The notes under the pieces are model-generated. The model was given only the letters and a program-made list of their open reading frames with translations, did no database searches and was not told the DNA's origin. Below are positions 28,909-42,675 of a stretch of DNA of 48,766 nucleotides, piece by piece. The stretch is from Myxococcota bacterium (GTDB lineage Bacteria > Myxococcota_A > Polyangia > Polyangiales > Sandaracinaceae): the NCBI GenBank assembly GCA_036149055.1, contig JAYZQJ010000077.1:1-48766 (forward strand), given 5' to 3'. Each line of letters begins with the position of its first letter. Position 1 is the stretch's first letter. Made by a program: the position numbers and the translations under genes.

Positions 28909-31031
28909 AGCCTCAGGCCGTCGCCGAGCGACTCCACCTCCGCGCCGCCCGGGCCCCGGTAGGCGTAGAGCACGTAGAGCACGCCGTGCGCCTCGCAGTG
29001 GACGAGCAGGCTGCCGCCGAGACCCATCGGCGTCTCCTGGCGCGCCGCGGTCGCGGGCGCGCAGTCGCCGAGGCGAGCGGGCTCCGGGGACGGCGGCCCG
29101 AGGCGCGCCATCGGGAACGCGGCGACCACCAGGCTCCGGGCCTGCTCCGCCGCCGAGCCCCCGTCGCGGGGAGACGCGAGGAGGGCCGCGGTGCCGCCCT
29201 CCTGGTCGAGCGAGAGCCAGATCCCCGCCTCGTGGCCGTCGATGTCGAAGGGGCCGTCGAGCGGTCGGGACGAGGTGAAGGTGAAGCCGAGGCGCGGGTC
29301 GCGGTAGGCCCCGTCCTCTCCGAAGCCGCTCGCCGGCGGCGCGGTGTCGATGCGCAGCCCCTGCAGGGCCGCGCGTATGGCCGCGTCATGAGTCGCGACG
29401 TCGCTCGCGCTGCCGCGCAGGTCGATCTCCCACTCGCCCTCGCCGTCGCTCCACCAGGCGCTCACGTGCACGAGCCCGCTCGGAGGGTCGGGCGTGCGCA
29501 TGATCCGCCCCGCCCCGAACGGCTCGCCGGCGACCGCGTCGCTCTGCCCGGCGCGCCAGCGTAGATGGCCCACGATCCCGAGCGCGGGCGCCTCCAGGCG
29601 CGCGAGCTCTCGAACCGAGACGCCCGCCGGGCCGAGCCACTCGAAGCCGGTCACCCGAGCGCGCCACGCGGAGGAGGGACGCGTCCACGACACGCGCTCG
29701 CCTTCGAACCAGAGGGTGTCTCCCCGCACCCAGTGTTCGGGCCCGACGTGCGTCCAGGACTCGAACGAGGGGTCGCGCGGTCCGGAGGAGACGCGTGGGG
29801 TGAGCTCCCGCAGCGCGGCGTCGGCGGCCTCCAGGGTCGGCGCGAAGACCTGGAGCGAGATGGCGCGGCCCTCCATCGGCAGCCACCCGGCGCGGCCCTG
29901 GTGCGGCCAGGCCGCCTCCTCGTGGACGGCGGCGAAGGTCACCCGCCCGCCGGCCAGATCGAGCGTCAGCGGGGGCGCTTCGGTCGCGGCGGGCGCCGCC
30001 CAGTGGGGATCGGCGCGCACCTCTGCCTCCGTGCGGCCGGTGGTCGGGAGCGCCGCGAGCCGCGCGATCACCTCCGGTCGGCGTCGACGGACCACGAGGA
30101 ACGCGCCATCCCAGGTCGCGCTCGCGGTCGAGCCGGGCAGCAGCTCCCACCTCTCGTCGCCCTCGAACGAGACGCCCCAGGCGCGGCTGTGGAAGGTGCC
30201 TTGCTCGAGTGACCAGCCCGCGCCGCGCGCGTCGACGGACGGGTACGACTCGTCGTCGGCGATCTCGCCCCCGAGCAGCGTGAACGACGAGTGCGCCCGC
30301 GGGAACCATGGCTCGCCGGTCGGCGCGTCGCCGTACCGCTGGGCGAGCAGGACGTACAGGTGGCCGCGGTCCACGAGGAAGGTGAGCTCGCGCCACCGGA
30401 TGCCGTCGTCGTCGGTGACCTGCTGACGCGCCCGCAGCGCCTCGCGGCCGTCCAGCCGCGTGGGCTCGAGCGCGGACCGCCAGGACACGTTGACCTCCGC
30501 GATCTCTGGCAGCTGCAGCGCGGCCGCGTCGGCGAGGGGGAGGCCGTAGGTGGGCTCCACGAACACCGCCACCACGAGGTCGGCGTGGTCGGCTTCGTGC
30601 ACGCCCTGGATCCGGTAGCCGGCGACCGCGCGCGGGTGCAGCGCCCCGATCCGCTCGCGATCGAACATCTCGGTGTCGTCGGTCGGCGGGGTCAAGCGGA
30701 AGCGGAAGGCCTCGTCTTCGATCGGCTGGGGGCGCTGCCCCTCCTGCACCGCGGCGACGAAGCTCCGGACGCTGACCGCGCCGAACGCCAGGCCGACGGT
30801 GACCAGCACCACGAGGCTGGCCACGATGGCGCCCAGCGAGTGCGCGAAACGATCGCCGCGGAGCGAGACGAAGCCGAGGACCAGCGCGACGAAGGCGGCG
30901 CAGGCGGAGATCGCGAGGACCGCCATCGCCGCCCGGGGCGCGACCAGGAACGCGGTGACCGCGCCGCCCGCCGCGCAGACCGCGCAGAGCAGCGAGCTCG
31001 CGAAGGCGATCTGGCCGCGGCGCGCGCTCAC
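28902..31031 (-). CDS. Hypothetical membrane protein with a large repeated soluble domain
   Basis: 709 aa ORF, three N-terminal TM helices, starts 8 bp after the POT transporter stop. Confidence 0.65.
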   Translation of the reverse strand: MSARRGQIAFASSLLCAVCAAGGAVTAFLVAPRAAMAVLAISACAAFVALVLGFVSLRGDRFAHSLGAIVASLVVLVTVGLAFGAVSVRSFVAAVQEGQRPQPIEDEAFRFRLTPPTDDTEMFDRERIGALHPRAVAGYRIQGVHEADHADLVVAVFVEPTYGLPLADAAALQLPEIAEVNVSWRSALEPTRLDGREALRARQQVTDDDGIRWRELTFLVDRGHLYVLLAQRYGDAPTGEPWFPRAHSSFTLLGGEIADDESYPSVDARGAGWSLEQGTFHSRAWGVSFEGDERWELLPGSTASATWDGAFLVVRRRRPEVIARLAALPTTGRTEAEVRADPHWAAPAATEAPPLTLDLAGGRVTFAAVHEEAAWPHQGRAGWLPMEGRAISLQVFAPTLEAADAALRELTPRVSSGPRDPSFESWTHVGPEHWVRGDTLWFEGERVSWTRPSSAWRARVTGFEWLGPAGVSVRELARLEAPALGIVGHLRWRAGQSDAVAGEPFGAGRIMRTPDPPSGLVHVSAWWSDGEGEWEIDLRGSASDVATHDAAIRAALQGLRIDTAPPASGFGEDGAYRDPRLGFTFTSSRPLDGPFDIDGHEAGIWLSLDQEGGTAALLASPRDGGSAAEQARSLVVAAFPMARLGPPSPEPARLGDCAPATAARQETPMGLGGSLLVHCEAHGVLYVLYAYRGPGGAEVESLGDGLRLQ

Positions 31032-31038
31032 GCCGGCC

Positions 31039-33096
31039 TCAGAACTCCGCGGGCTGCGCCGTGTCCTCGTGGTCCGGGTGCATGCCGCGCTTGAGGAGCG
31101 GGGAGAGGGCGAGCAGCACCACCGCCGCGCCCAGCGCGGTCACGCCGATGATGCCGAAGACGTCGCCGTAGGTCTGCGCGGTCTCGGCCGGCGCGGGGAT
31201 GAACTGCAGCCCCTCGTCTCCGTGAGAGACCCCGGTGAACGTCGCGATCACGGCCGCGAGGTAGTTCGAGAACGCGGTGGCGAGGAACCACCCGCCCATG
31301 ATGCTGCTCACCAGCCGGCCGGGCGAGAGCTTGGTGACCATCGACAGGCCGACCGGAGACGAGAAGAGCTCGCCCGTCGTCACGAAGAGCCACCCCACCA
31401 GGAGGAAGGCCATCGACGACATGCCGCGCGCGTCGGCGTTCTGCGCGCCCCAGTAGAAGACGAGGAAGCCGAGCCCGAGCTGCGCGATGCCGAGGCCGAA
31501 CTTGACCGGGGTGCTCGGGTCTCGCCGCCGGGCGGCGAGGAACGCCCAGAGCGCGCTCAGCGGGAGGCCGAAGATGATGATGTAGACCGGGTTGGCGGCC
31601 TGGAACTCGCTGGCCGGGATCTCGGACTCGCCGAGCCCCATGCCGACGTTGCCCTCCACCACTCGCCACTCGAGCACGTCCGCGCCGTTCATCTCGGGGC
31701 CGGCGGCGGCGCGCAGGTAGGTCAGGCCGGTCATCGTGAGCACGTCGCTGTCGCGCACGCGCTGCTGGAGGCCCACGATGTCCTCCTCGCTCGCGCGCGA
31801 CTCGGGATCCCGGGTCCGGTTCCGGTGCTCCTCGACCGTCCGGATCGCGTCGGCGATCAGCTCGCCCATCGCCGGATCCCCGTTGACCTTGCCGAGCTGC
31901 TCCTGGGAGAGGAGCGGCAGGTCGGCGAGGTCGCCGGTGGCGGCCGGCGAGACGCGGAACCGGATCGTCTCGCCGACCTGTCCGGTCTCGACCTGCGCCG
32001 TCTCGTCGACCCGGTCGATGTTGCGGTCGGTCCAGTTGTTGAGGCTGGTGCCCGCCTGCTCGAAGCAGGCCCAGAAGAACATGTTGAAGAAGAAGATCGT
32101 CAGCACGACGATCAAGCGGTGCCGCTCGATCTTCGTGCACTTCGTCACCATGTCGTAGATGACGTAGACGAAGAAGAGCACGCCGGTGATGTTGAGCACC
32201 CAGCCGGCGGCCGAGCCGTCCTGCACGATGAAGGTGAAGGCGACCACCGCCAGGCCGGTGCCCAGGTAGACGGCCATCTCCGCGGGCAGGAAGCCCAGCA
32301 GCTTCTTCTTCAGGGCCGCGGGGTCCGGGGGCGCGCCCGCGTCGTCGGGCAGGGGGCCCTTGCTCAGCGCGCGGATGGCGACCACGCCGGCGATCAGCAG
32401 CATCACCGCGAGGAGCAGGCGCACCATCAGCTGCAGCGGTGAGTCCTGGAGGAAGGGCACCGCGAGCGCGGTGGCCGCCACGCCGCCGCCGATGAGGATC
32501 TGGGTCAGGAGGGTCGGCGCGACGAAGACGGCGACGCCGATCGCCATGCCGGCGGTCGCCAGCCCGAAGCCCCAGTGCCAGCCGTAGGTCTCGCCGACGT
32601 AGCCGCAGATGATGGGGCTCATCGCCGCGCCGAGGTTGATCCCCATGTAGAAGATCGTGAAGCCCGCGTCCTTCTTGTCGCTGGTCTTCGGGTAGAGCTC
32701 GCCGACGATCGTGGAGATGTTCGGCTTGAAGAAGCCGTTGCCGGCGATGAGCAAAGCGAGCGCCGCGAAGAATGCCCAGCGGTTCTCGATGGTCATGAGG
32801 AGGTGACCCGCCGCCATCAAGAGCCCACCCACGATGACCGCCCGCCGACGCCCCAGCAGCCGATCGGCCAGCATGCCGCCGAAGTAGGGCGTCATGTAGA
32901 CGAGCGCGGTGTACGCGCCGTAGACGCCGTAGGCCTCGCCGTCGTTGAGCCCGAGGAAGCCCTTGATCATGTAGAACAAGAGCAGCGCGCGCATGCCGTA
33001 GTAGGAGAAGCGCTCCCACATCTCGGCGAAGAAGAGCTGGAACAGACCCGTCGGATGCCCGAAGAGGGTCGGCTGTTTCGCGGCGGCGCTCGTCAT
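31039..33096 (-). CDS. POT/PTR-family proton-dependent oligopeptide transporter
   Basis: GHP, EMWERFSYYGM, GNGFFKPNIS, FYMGINLG, GELFSSPVGLS. Confidence 0.93.
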   Translation of the reverse strand: MTSAAAKQPTLFGHPTGLFQLFFAEMWERFSYYGMRALLLFYMIKGFLGLNDGEAYGVYGAYTALVYMTPYFGGMLADRLLGRRRAVIVGGLLMAAGHLLMTIENRWAFFAALALLIAGNGFFKPNISTIVGELYPKTSDKKDAGFTIFYMGINLGAAMSPIICGYVGETYGWHWGFGLATAGMAIGVAVFVAPTLLTQILIGGGVAATALAVPFLQDSPLQLMVRLLLAVMLLIAGVVAIRALSKGPLPDDAGAPPDPAALKKKLLGFLPAEMAVYLGTGLAVVAFTFIVQDGSAAGWVLNITGVLFFVYVIYDMVTKCTKIERHRLIVVLTIFFFNMFFWACFEQAGTSLNNWTDRNIDRVDETAQVETGQVGETIRFRVSPAATGDLADLPLLSQEQLGKVNGDPAMGELIADAIRTVEEHRNRTRDPESRASEEDIVGLQQRVRDSDVLTMTGLTYLRAAAGPEMNGADVLEWRVVEGNVGMGLGESEIPASEFQAANPVYIIIFGLPLSALWAFLAARRRDPSTPVKFGLGIAQLGLGFLVFYWGAQNADARGMSSMAFLLVGWLFVTTGELFSSPVGLSMVTKLSPGRLVSSIMGGWFLATAFSNYLAAVIATFTGVSHGDEGLQFIPAPAETAQTYGDVFGIIGVTALGAAVVLLALSPLLKRGMHPDHEDTAQPAEF

Positions 33097-33159
33097 CAGG
33101 CTGGGGACCATCTTCTCCGCCCTGGGCCCTGTCAAGCTGATGCGGGTATGGTTCGGGCC

Positions 33160-35988
<2,829 letters not shown>

Positions 35989-36007
35989 GGTGCGGTAGAC
36001 TCGTCCG

Positions 36008-36715
36008 ATGCGCACCGAGCACGTCTCCTACACCGAAGGCGACGTCGCCTTCGACGCCTTCGTCGCGCGACCGGAGCGAGCGGGGCCCGCGCCCGCCGTG
36101 CTGGTGGCGCACGCCTGGGGCGGCCGCGACCGCTTCGCCGAGGACAAGGCGCGCGCGCTCGCCGAGCTGGGCTGGGTCGGCGCCGCGATCGATCTCTATG
36201 GCGTCGGCCGCCGCGGCACCGACCGCGAGAGCAGCGGCGCGCTGATGAACGCGCTGATCGCGGACCCACCCGAGCTCCGGCGTCGGCTCACCGCGGCGTT
36301 CCAGACGGTGCGCGGGCTCGACGGCGTGGATCCGGACCGCGTGGGCATGATCGGGTTCTGCTTCGGCGGGCTGTGCGCGATCCTCGGCGCGCGCATGGGC
36401 TTGCCGCTGCGCGGGGTGGTCAGCTTCCACGGCCTGCTGAAGGTCGGTGAGCCGCTCGAGGCCACCCCGCGCGCTCGGATCCTCGTGCTGCACGGCCAGG
36501 ACGACCCGATGGTCCCGCCGAGCGACGTCGGCGCGTTCGCCGCGGAGATGAAGCGGATCGGCGGCGACTGGGCGCTGCAGGCCTACCCCGGGGTGATGCA
36601 CGCCTTCACCAACCCGAACGCGAACGATCCCGACTTCGGCACCGTCTACGACGCCGAGGCGGACCGACGCTCGTGGGCGTCGATGCGGCGCTTCTTCGAC
36701 GAGGTGTTCGGGTGA
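36008..36715 (+). CDS. Dienelactone hydrolase family protein
   Basis: HAWGG, GFCFGG, VSFHG, HGQDDP, HAFTNP. Confidence 0.92.
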   Translation: MRTEHVSYTEGDVAFDAFVARPERAGPAPAVLVAHAWGGRDRFAEDKARALAELGWVGAAIDLYGVGRRGTDRESSGALMNALIADPPELRRRLTAAFQTVRGLDGVDPDRVGMIGFCFGGLCAILGARMGLPLRGVVSFHGLLKVGEPLEATPRARILVLHGQDDPMVPPSDVGAFAAEMKRIGGDWALQAYPGVMHAFTNPNANDPDFGTVYDAEADRRSWASMRRFFDEVFG

Positions 36716-36740
36716 TAGAAGGGGTCCGGGGAGGTGCTCG

Positions 36741-36992
36741 ATGATCGAGGTTCGAGTCGCGGGGCGAGGCACGGTTCGGGAGGGGACGCGCACGCTGGAC
36801 GAGGAGGCGGAGGCGCGCTGCGATCTCTGCGGAGAGGAGGTCGACGCGGTCGCCTCGACCGGCGCGGAGGGGGCGGGGCCGTTCGCCTGCAAGGCCTGCC
36901 TGCGGGGGCGGCTGGAGGCGATCACGCTCGCCGCGTGGGAGCTCCGCGACCCCGCGGACCGCGGGCTGCCCTGGGGCAAGTTCAGCGGCTGA
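36741..36992 (+). CDS. Small putative zinc-finger protein
   Basis: RBS GGAGG; CDLC...CKAC. Confidence 0.6.
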   Translation: MIEVRVAGRGTVREGTRTLDEEAEARCDLCGEEVDAVASTGAEGAGPFACKACLRGRLEAITLAAWELRDPADRGLPWGKFSG

Positions 36993-37074
36993 CGCGTGGG
37001 AGTGAGGACACGCGGCGCGGCTGACGTGCCACGCCGCGGGGCGTGAACGGCCCCGATCCGCGGGGCCAGGGCGG

Positions 37075-37091
37075 TTGGCACGCGGGCTGTA
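37075..37091 (+). promoter_or_regulatory. Possible sigma54 promoter (imperfect -12)
   Basis: TTGGCACGCGGGCTGTA has a perfect -24 TGGCACG but GT instead of GC at -12; ~25 bp before the ATG at 37115. Confidence 0.35.
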
Positions 37092-37114
37092 GTGGAGGGT
37101 GGGCGGAGGAAGCC

Positions 37115-37774
37115 ATGACCCGAACGCTCGTCGCCGCCGTCTTTCTCGCCCTCGTCGCCAGCCCGATCGCCTACGCCCAGGACGAGGCCCTCGCGTCCGC
37201 GGGCGCGGAGTACCTGGAAGAGGACGACTACTTCGAGGAGGACGTCGAGTTCTGCGGCGGGGGCGAAGAGACGCTGGTCGACGAGGCCTACTACGCGATG
37301 GAGGGCGGGGACGCCGAGGGCGCCCGTGATCTCCTCATCGACGCGCTCCGGCGCGGCGACGTCGCGGACTGGGAGCGCCCGTCCGCCATCGTCACCCTCG
37401 CGGAGGCGCAGCTCCGCCTCGGCGAGACGCGGAGCGCGGTCGTGAACTATCGCAAGGCCTTGCGACGGTGGCCGGACCAGGTCGGGCCGGGGGCCAGGGT
37501 GGGGCTCGCCTCGGCGCTGTTCCTGCGCGGCTCCCGCGGCGCCGCCTTCACCGCCGCGTCCGCCGCGGCCGACCAGGTCTGCAGCGATCGCTGGTCCCAG
37601 GTGGCCTGCTACGGCGCGCAGCAGATCATCGCCCGCACCAGCCGGGACGACGATCAGCGGGCGGCGGCCGCCACCCGCGCCGCCGGGCTGCGCGGGGAGT
37701 ACGCCGACCTCACCGAGAGCTTCGACCGGCTCGACTACACCCTCGGCCTCCGCCGCACCCCGCCGGTGGGCTGA
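37115..37774 (+). CDS. Secreted TPR-like helical protein
   Basis: RBS GGAGGA; signal peptide ending AYA-Q; LAEAQLRLGE...YRKAL TPR-like segment. Confidence 0.7.
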   Translation: MTRTLVAAVFLALVASPIAYAQDEALASAGAEYLEEDDYFEEDVEFCGGGEETLVDEAYYAMEGGDAEGARDLLIDALRRGDVADWERPSAIVTLAEAQLRLGETRSAVVNYRKALRRWPDQVGPGARVGLASALFLRGSRGAAFTAASAAADQVCSDRWSQVACYGAQQIIARTSRDDDQRAAAATRAAGLRGEYADLTESFDRLDYTLGLRRTPPVG

Positions 37775-37775
37775 C

Positions 37776-38948
37776 GTGCGCTGGACTCTCCTGGTGCTGG
37801 CGTCGCTCCTCGCGTCGCCGGCCGCGGCGCAGAGCGCGGGGCGCGAGGCCGTCGAGCGCTACGGCTGCGCCACGTGCCACACCGTGCCCGGCGTGCGGGT
37901 GAGCCGACGGCAGAGCTGCGTCGGCTGTCACGAGCGCGTGGTCGGCGCCCGGCGCAGCGGGCTGGGGCGGGCGCCGCGAGTGCAGCACTACCTGCACGTC
38001 CCCGACCTCCGGCACGTCACCCGGCGCCTGCGCGAGGACTACCTCGTGTCCTACCTGCAGAACCCGCACGACGCCCGACCGCGCATGGAGGAGACGATGC
38101 CGCGGCTGCCGGTCACCGAGGACGACGCCCGCCTCATCACGCGCTACCTGCGCGCGCAGGCCGGGGAGGTCGAGGTCCCCGCGTCGCCCGCGCCGGACCC
38201 GGGCAACGTCGGCCCCGGGCGCGCCGCCTTCGAGCGCGCCGGGTGCATGACCTGCCACGAGCTCGGCAACCTGGACTTCGGCGTGCATCTGCCGCCGGTC
38301 GCGCTCCGCCGGATCGGCGACGCCGCTTTCGAGGCGCCGAACCTGCGCTTCGTGCGAGACCGCATGACGCCCGACGTCGCCCTCGCCTGGATCCGGAACC
38401 CTCGCGCGATCGACCCGAACACCGAGATGCCGCACCCCCAGCTGAGCGACGGGGACGCGCGGGTCATCCGCGACTTCCTCTTCCTGGTGGACCCCGGGCG
38501 GCCCGCCGCCGCGCGCCGGCCGACCCTCGAGCTCCAGCCGCTCTCCCGCCGCGTGCGCTACGCCGAGGTGCGGGCGGTCTTCGACCGCTCCTGCATCCAC
38601 TGCCACGCCCACACGGACGGCGAGGCCAACGCCACCTTCGGCTTCGCGCCGAGCTCGCTCGATCTCTCGAGCCCGGAGGGCGTGCGCGCCGGCGTGCTGC
38701 TGCCCGGGGGCGCGCGCCGCTCGGTCCTCGCGCCCGACGAGACCGGGCTGCCGCCCCTCGTCTGGCGCCTCGTCCGGCGACACGAGGAGGCGACGCGAGA
38801 TCAGGCCGGGGTGCTCGCCGATCCCCTCGGGCCCGCGCTCGCGCCCCCCGACGACACCCCGCCCGGCATGCCGCTCGGCCTGCCCCCGGTCGCGCCGGAC
38901 GACATCCGCCTCCTCTACACCTGGGCGCTCCAGGGCGCCCCCGAGTGA
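37776..38948 (+). CDS. Secreted tetraheme c-type cytochrome
   Basis: Signal peptide; CATCH, CVGCH, CMTCH, CIHCH; MP distal-ligand motifs. Confidence 0.85.
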   Translation: MRWTLLVLASLLASPAAAQSAGREAVERYGCATCHTVPGVRVSRRQSCVGCHERVVGARRSGLGRAPRVQHYLHVPDLRHVTRRLREDYLVSYLQNPHDARPRMEETMPRLPVTEDDARLITRYLRAQAGEVEVPASPAPDPGNVGPGRAAFERAGCMTCHELGNLDFGVHLPPVALRRIGDAAFEAPNLRFVRDRMTPDVALAWIRNPRAIDPNTEMPHPQLSDGDARVIRDFLFLVDPGRPAAARRPTLELQPLSRRVRYAEVRAVFDRSCIHCHAHTDGEANATFGFAPSSLDLSSPEGVRAGVLLPGGARRSVLAPDETGLPPLVWRLVRRHEEATRDQAGVLADPLGPALAPPDDTPPGMPLGLPPVAPDDIRLLYTWALQGAPE

Positions 38949-38973
38949 TCGACGTGGGGTCGCGGTGGTCGCT

Positions 38974-40590
<1,617 letters not shown>

Positions 40591-40653
40591 GGGGTCTCCT
40601 GTTGGGGTGGATCCGCAGCATAGCGGGCGGCCCTCGCTTGGCCGTGCGTGTTC

Positions 40654-41415
40654 TCAGGTCGGCTCGAAGACCTCCCAGTAGATCCAGCTCGAGACGCGGA
40701 CCTCGAGGTCGAGCCAGCCCTCCCAGCCTCCCATGCGCACGCCGCCTTGCAGGGCGAACTCCTCGCCGATCGGGATGAGCGCGCCGAGCATGCCGCTGAG
40801 CATCGGCTCGCCGTCGTCGAGGTCGAACCAGACCTCGATGGTCGGGATCACCGGCCACGCGTCGGGGCCCTCGATGACCGCCGCGACGAAGAGCTCGAAG
40901 GTCCGCTCCTGCGTGAGGTTGGTCCAGACGTTCAGGTGCAGGGTCCCGGCGTCCCAGCGCTGGGCGAAGAGCAGCGCCAGCGTCGCGCCGAAGCCGGTCT
41001 CCGCCTCGATCCCCGGCAGGAGCAGGCCGGTCTGGAGCGCGAGGCTGATGCCGTCTCGCTCGCCCTCGCTCGAGTAGCCGCCGTCGACCAGCAGGGTGCG
41101 GGTCGCGATCATCTGCTCCTGGAGCGCGTAGCGGCTCTGATCGGGCACGTCGTCGAGGAGCGCCCAGCCGCGGGTCAGCAGCAGGACGTCCCAGCCCTCC
41201 CCGAAGCCCCAGTAGATCTGCGCCGAGGGCGCCACGAGGTAGTGCTCCTCCTCGCCGATCACCGTCTGCCAGTAGCCGATCGGCTGGAGCTCCAGCTCCA
41301 TCGTGCCGTGCTCGACCACCCGCGCGTCGTTGAGGTCGATGAGGTAGGCGTGGGCCCGGGCCGGCCCCGCGAGGAGCGCCACGAGAGCCAGCGACGAGGC
41401 GGCGAGCCGGGGCAT
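40654..41415 (-). CDS. Hypothetical exported protein, possible beta-barrel
   Basis: Signal peptide ending ARA-HA; alternating amphipathic strands rich in aromatic residues. Confidence 0.6.
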   Translation of the reverse strand: MPRLAASSLALVALLAGPARAHAYLIDLNDARVVEHGTMELELQPIGYWQTVIGEEEHYLVAPSAQIYWGFGEGWDVLLLTRGWALLDDVPDQSRYALQEQMIATRTLLVDGGYSSEGERDGISLALQTGLLLPGIEAETGFGATLALLFAQRWDAGTLHLNVWTNLTQERTFELFVAAVIEGPDAWPVIPTIEVWFDLDDGEPMLSGMLGALIPIGEEFALQGGVRMGGWEGWLDLEVRVSSWIYWEVFEPT

Positions 41416-41642
41416 GGAGGCGGCCCATGGTACCCGCGGAGCGTCCCGCGCGGGTAGCGTGGAGCGCGGTGGGCGCCGCCTGCGGTCCGTGCACCGCAAC
41501 CGCGCTCGGGGGGCGTCCAGATCCCGGTCGCCGGGCGAGGGCGACGGGCGCCGGGCTCCCCCGAGGTGACAGGCGCGCTTGGCGATCGGCGGCTGCGGCG
41601 GGCTCCGCGGGGCTGCGCACGGCGTTTGCACAGTCGGTGGGC

Positions 41643-42569
41643 ATGCCGACCACCAGAGCCCTCAGCCTCTTCCTGATGACCTCCTTGCCGCTCGCCGGCT
41701 GCACCGCGCAGCTCGGGGAGCCGGACCCCGACCCCGCGTCCACCCTCGCCGAGGAGGGCGAGTGGTGGGACGAGGGCCCGCCCGAAGACGAGCCCTCGGC
41801 CGATCCCCCCGACGCGGGCGAGGAGACCGAGACGGCGTCGTTCGAGCTGAGCGGGGCGCCCCGCTTCCAGCTCCCGTTCCCCTGCGGACAGGTCTGGGCG
41901 GGCCAGACGCGCACCAACCACAGCCCGCTGCGCTCCATCGACTTCAACCGCGCCAACGACGTGGGGGACCCGGTGGTCGCGGCCGCCGCCGGGCGGGTCA
42001 CCGTGGTCTCGAACCTCGGCAACCGGAGCTACGGGCGCTGGATCGAGATCGATCACGGCAACGGCTACCGCACCCGCTACGCGCACCTCCGATCCCAGGG
42101 CGTCAGCGTCGGGCAGCGGGTGAGCCAGGGGCAGCGCATCGGCACCGTCGGCGACACCGGCGGATCGTCGGGCCCGCACCTCCACTACGAGCTGCGCCGC
42201 TGGGGCACCGCCATCAGCCCGGTGTTCGACGGCCGCACCGCGCACTTCTTCGGCACCCGGAACTACCGCAGCCAGAACCGCTGCGGAGGCGGAGGCGGAG
42301 GCGGCGGCGGCGGCGCCACCGGGCACCCGGGGCGCGTGAACACCAACGGCGCGCGGCTCACCGTGCGCTCCGGCCCGGGCACCGGCTTCCGCGCGGTGGG
42401 ATCCCTCGCCGACGGTCAGCGGGTGCGCATCCGCTGCCAGAAGCGCGGTCAGCGCATCACCGGCACCTACGGCACCACGCGCATCTGGGACTTCGTGGGG
42501 ACGGGCTACGTGAGCGACGCGTTCGTCTACACCGGCTCGGACGGAAGGGTCGCGCCCAACTGCCGCTGA
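41643..42569 (+). CDS. M23 metallopeptidase lipoprotein with C-terminal SH3b-like domain
   Basis: Lipobox LAGC; H....ID, YAHL, HLHYE; Gly linker; LTVRSGPGT. Confidence 0.9.
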   Translation: MPTTRALSLFLMTSLPLAGCTAQLGEPDPDPASTLAEEGEWWDEGPPEDEPSADPPDAGEETETASFELSGAPRFQLPFPCGQVWAGQTRTNHSPLRSIDFNRANDVGDPVVAAAAGRVTVVSNLGNRSYGRWIEIDHGNGYRTRYAHLRSQGVSVGQRVSQGQRIGTVGDTGGSSGPHLHYELRRWGTAISPVFDGRTAHFFGTRNYRSQNRCGGGGGGGGGGATGHPGRVNTNGARLTVRSGPGTGFRAVGSLADGQRVRIRCQKRGQRITGTYGTTRIWDFVGTGYVSDAFVYTGSDGRVAPNCR

Positions 42570-42597
42570 CTTCCCCCGCTCCCTCGTGGTACGAGCA

Positions 42598-42626
42598 CGC
42601 CGCGGACGGTTGACCCGTCCGCGGCG
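42598..42626. terminator. Perfect 12-bp GC-rich hairpin between the M23 gene and the ABC operon
   Basis: CGCCGCGGACGG-TTGAC-CCGTCCGCGGCG; no U-tract, so a terminator role is uncertain. Confidence 0.4.
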
Positions 42627-42675
42627 AGTGCTTAACGGCCATCTTCGGCACGTTTCGCGCTGGACGAGGGAGCTG

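Noticed and set aside
41614..41630. Sigma54-like TGCGCACGGCGTTTGCA upstream of the M23 gene
   Set aside because: Good -12 element but lacks the invariant GG at -24
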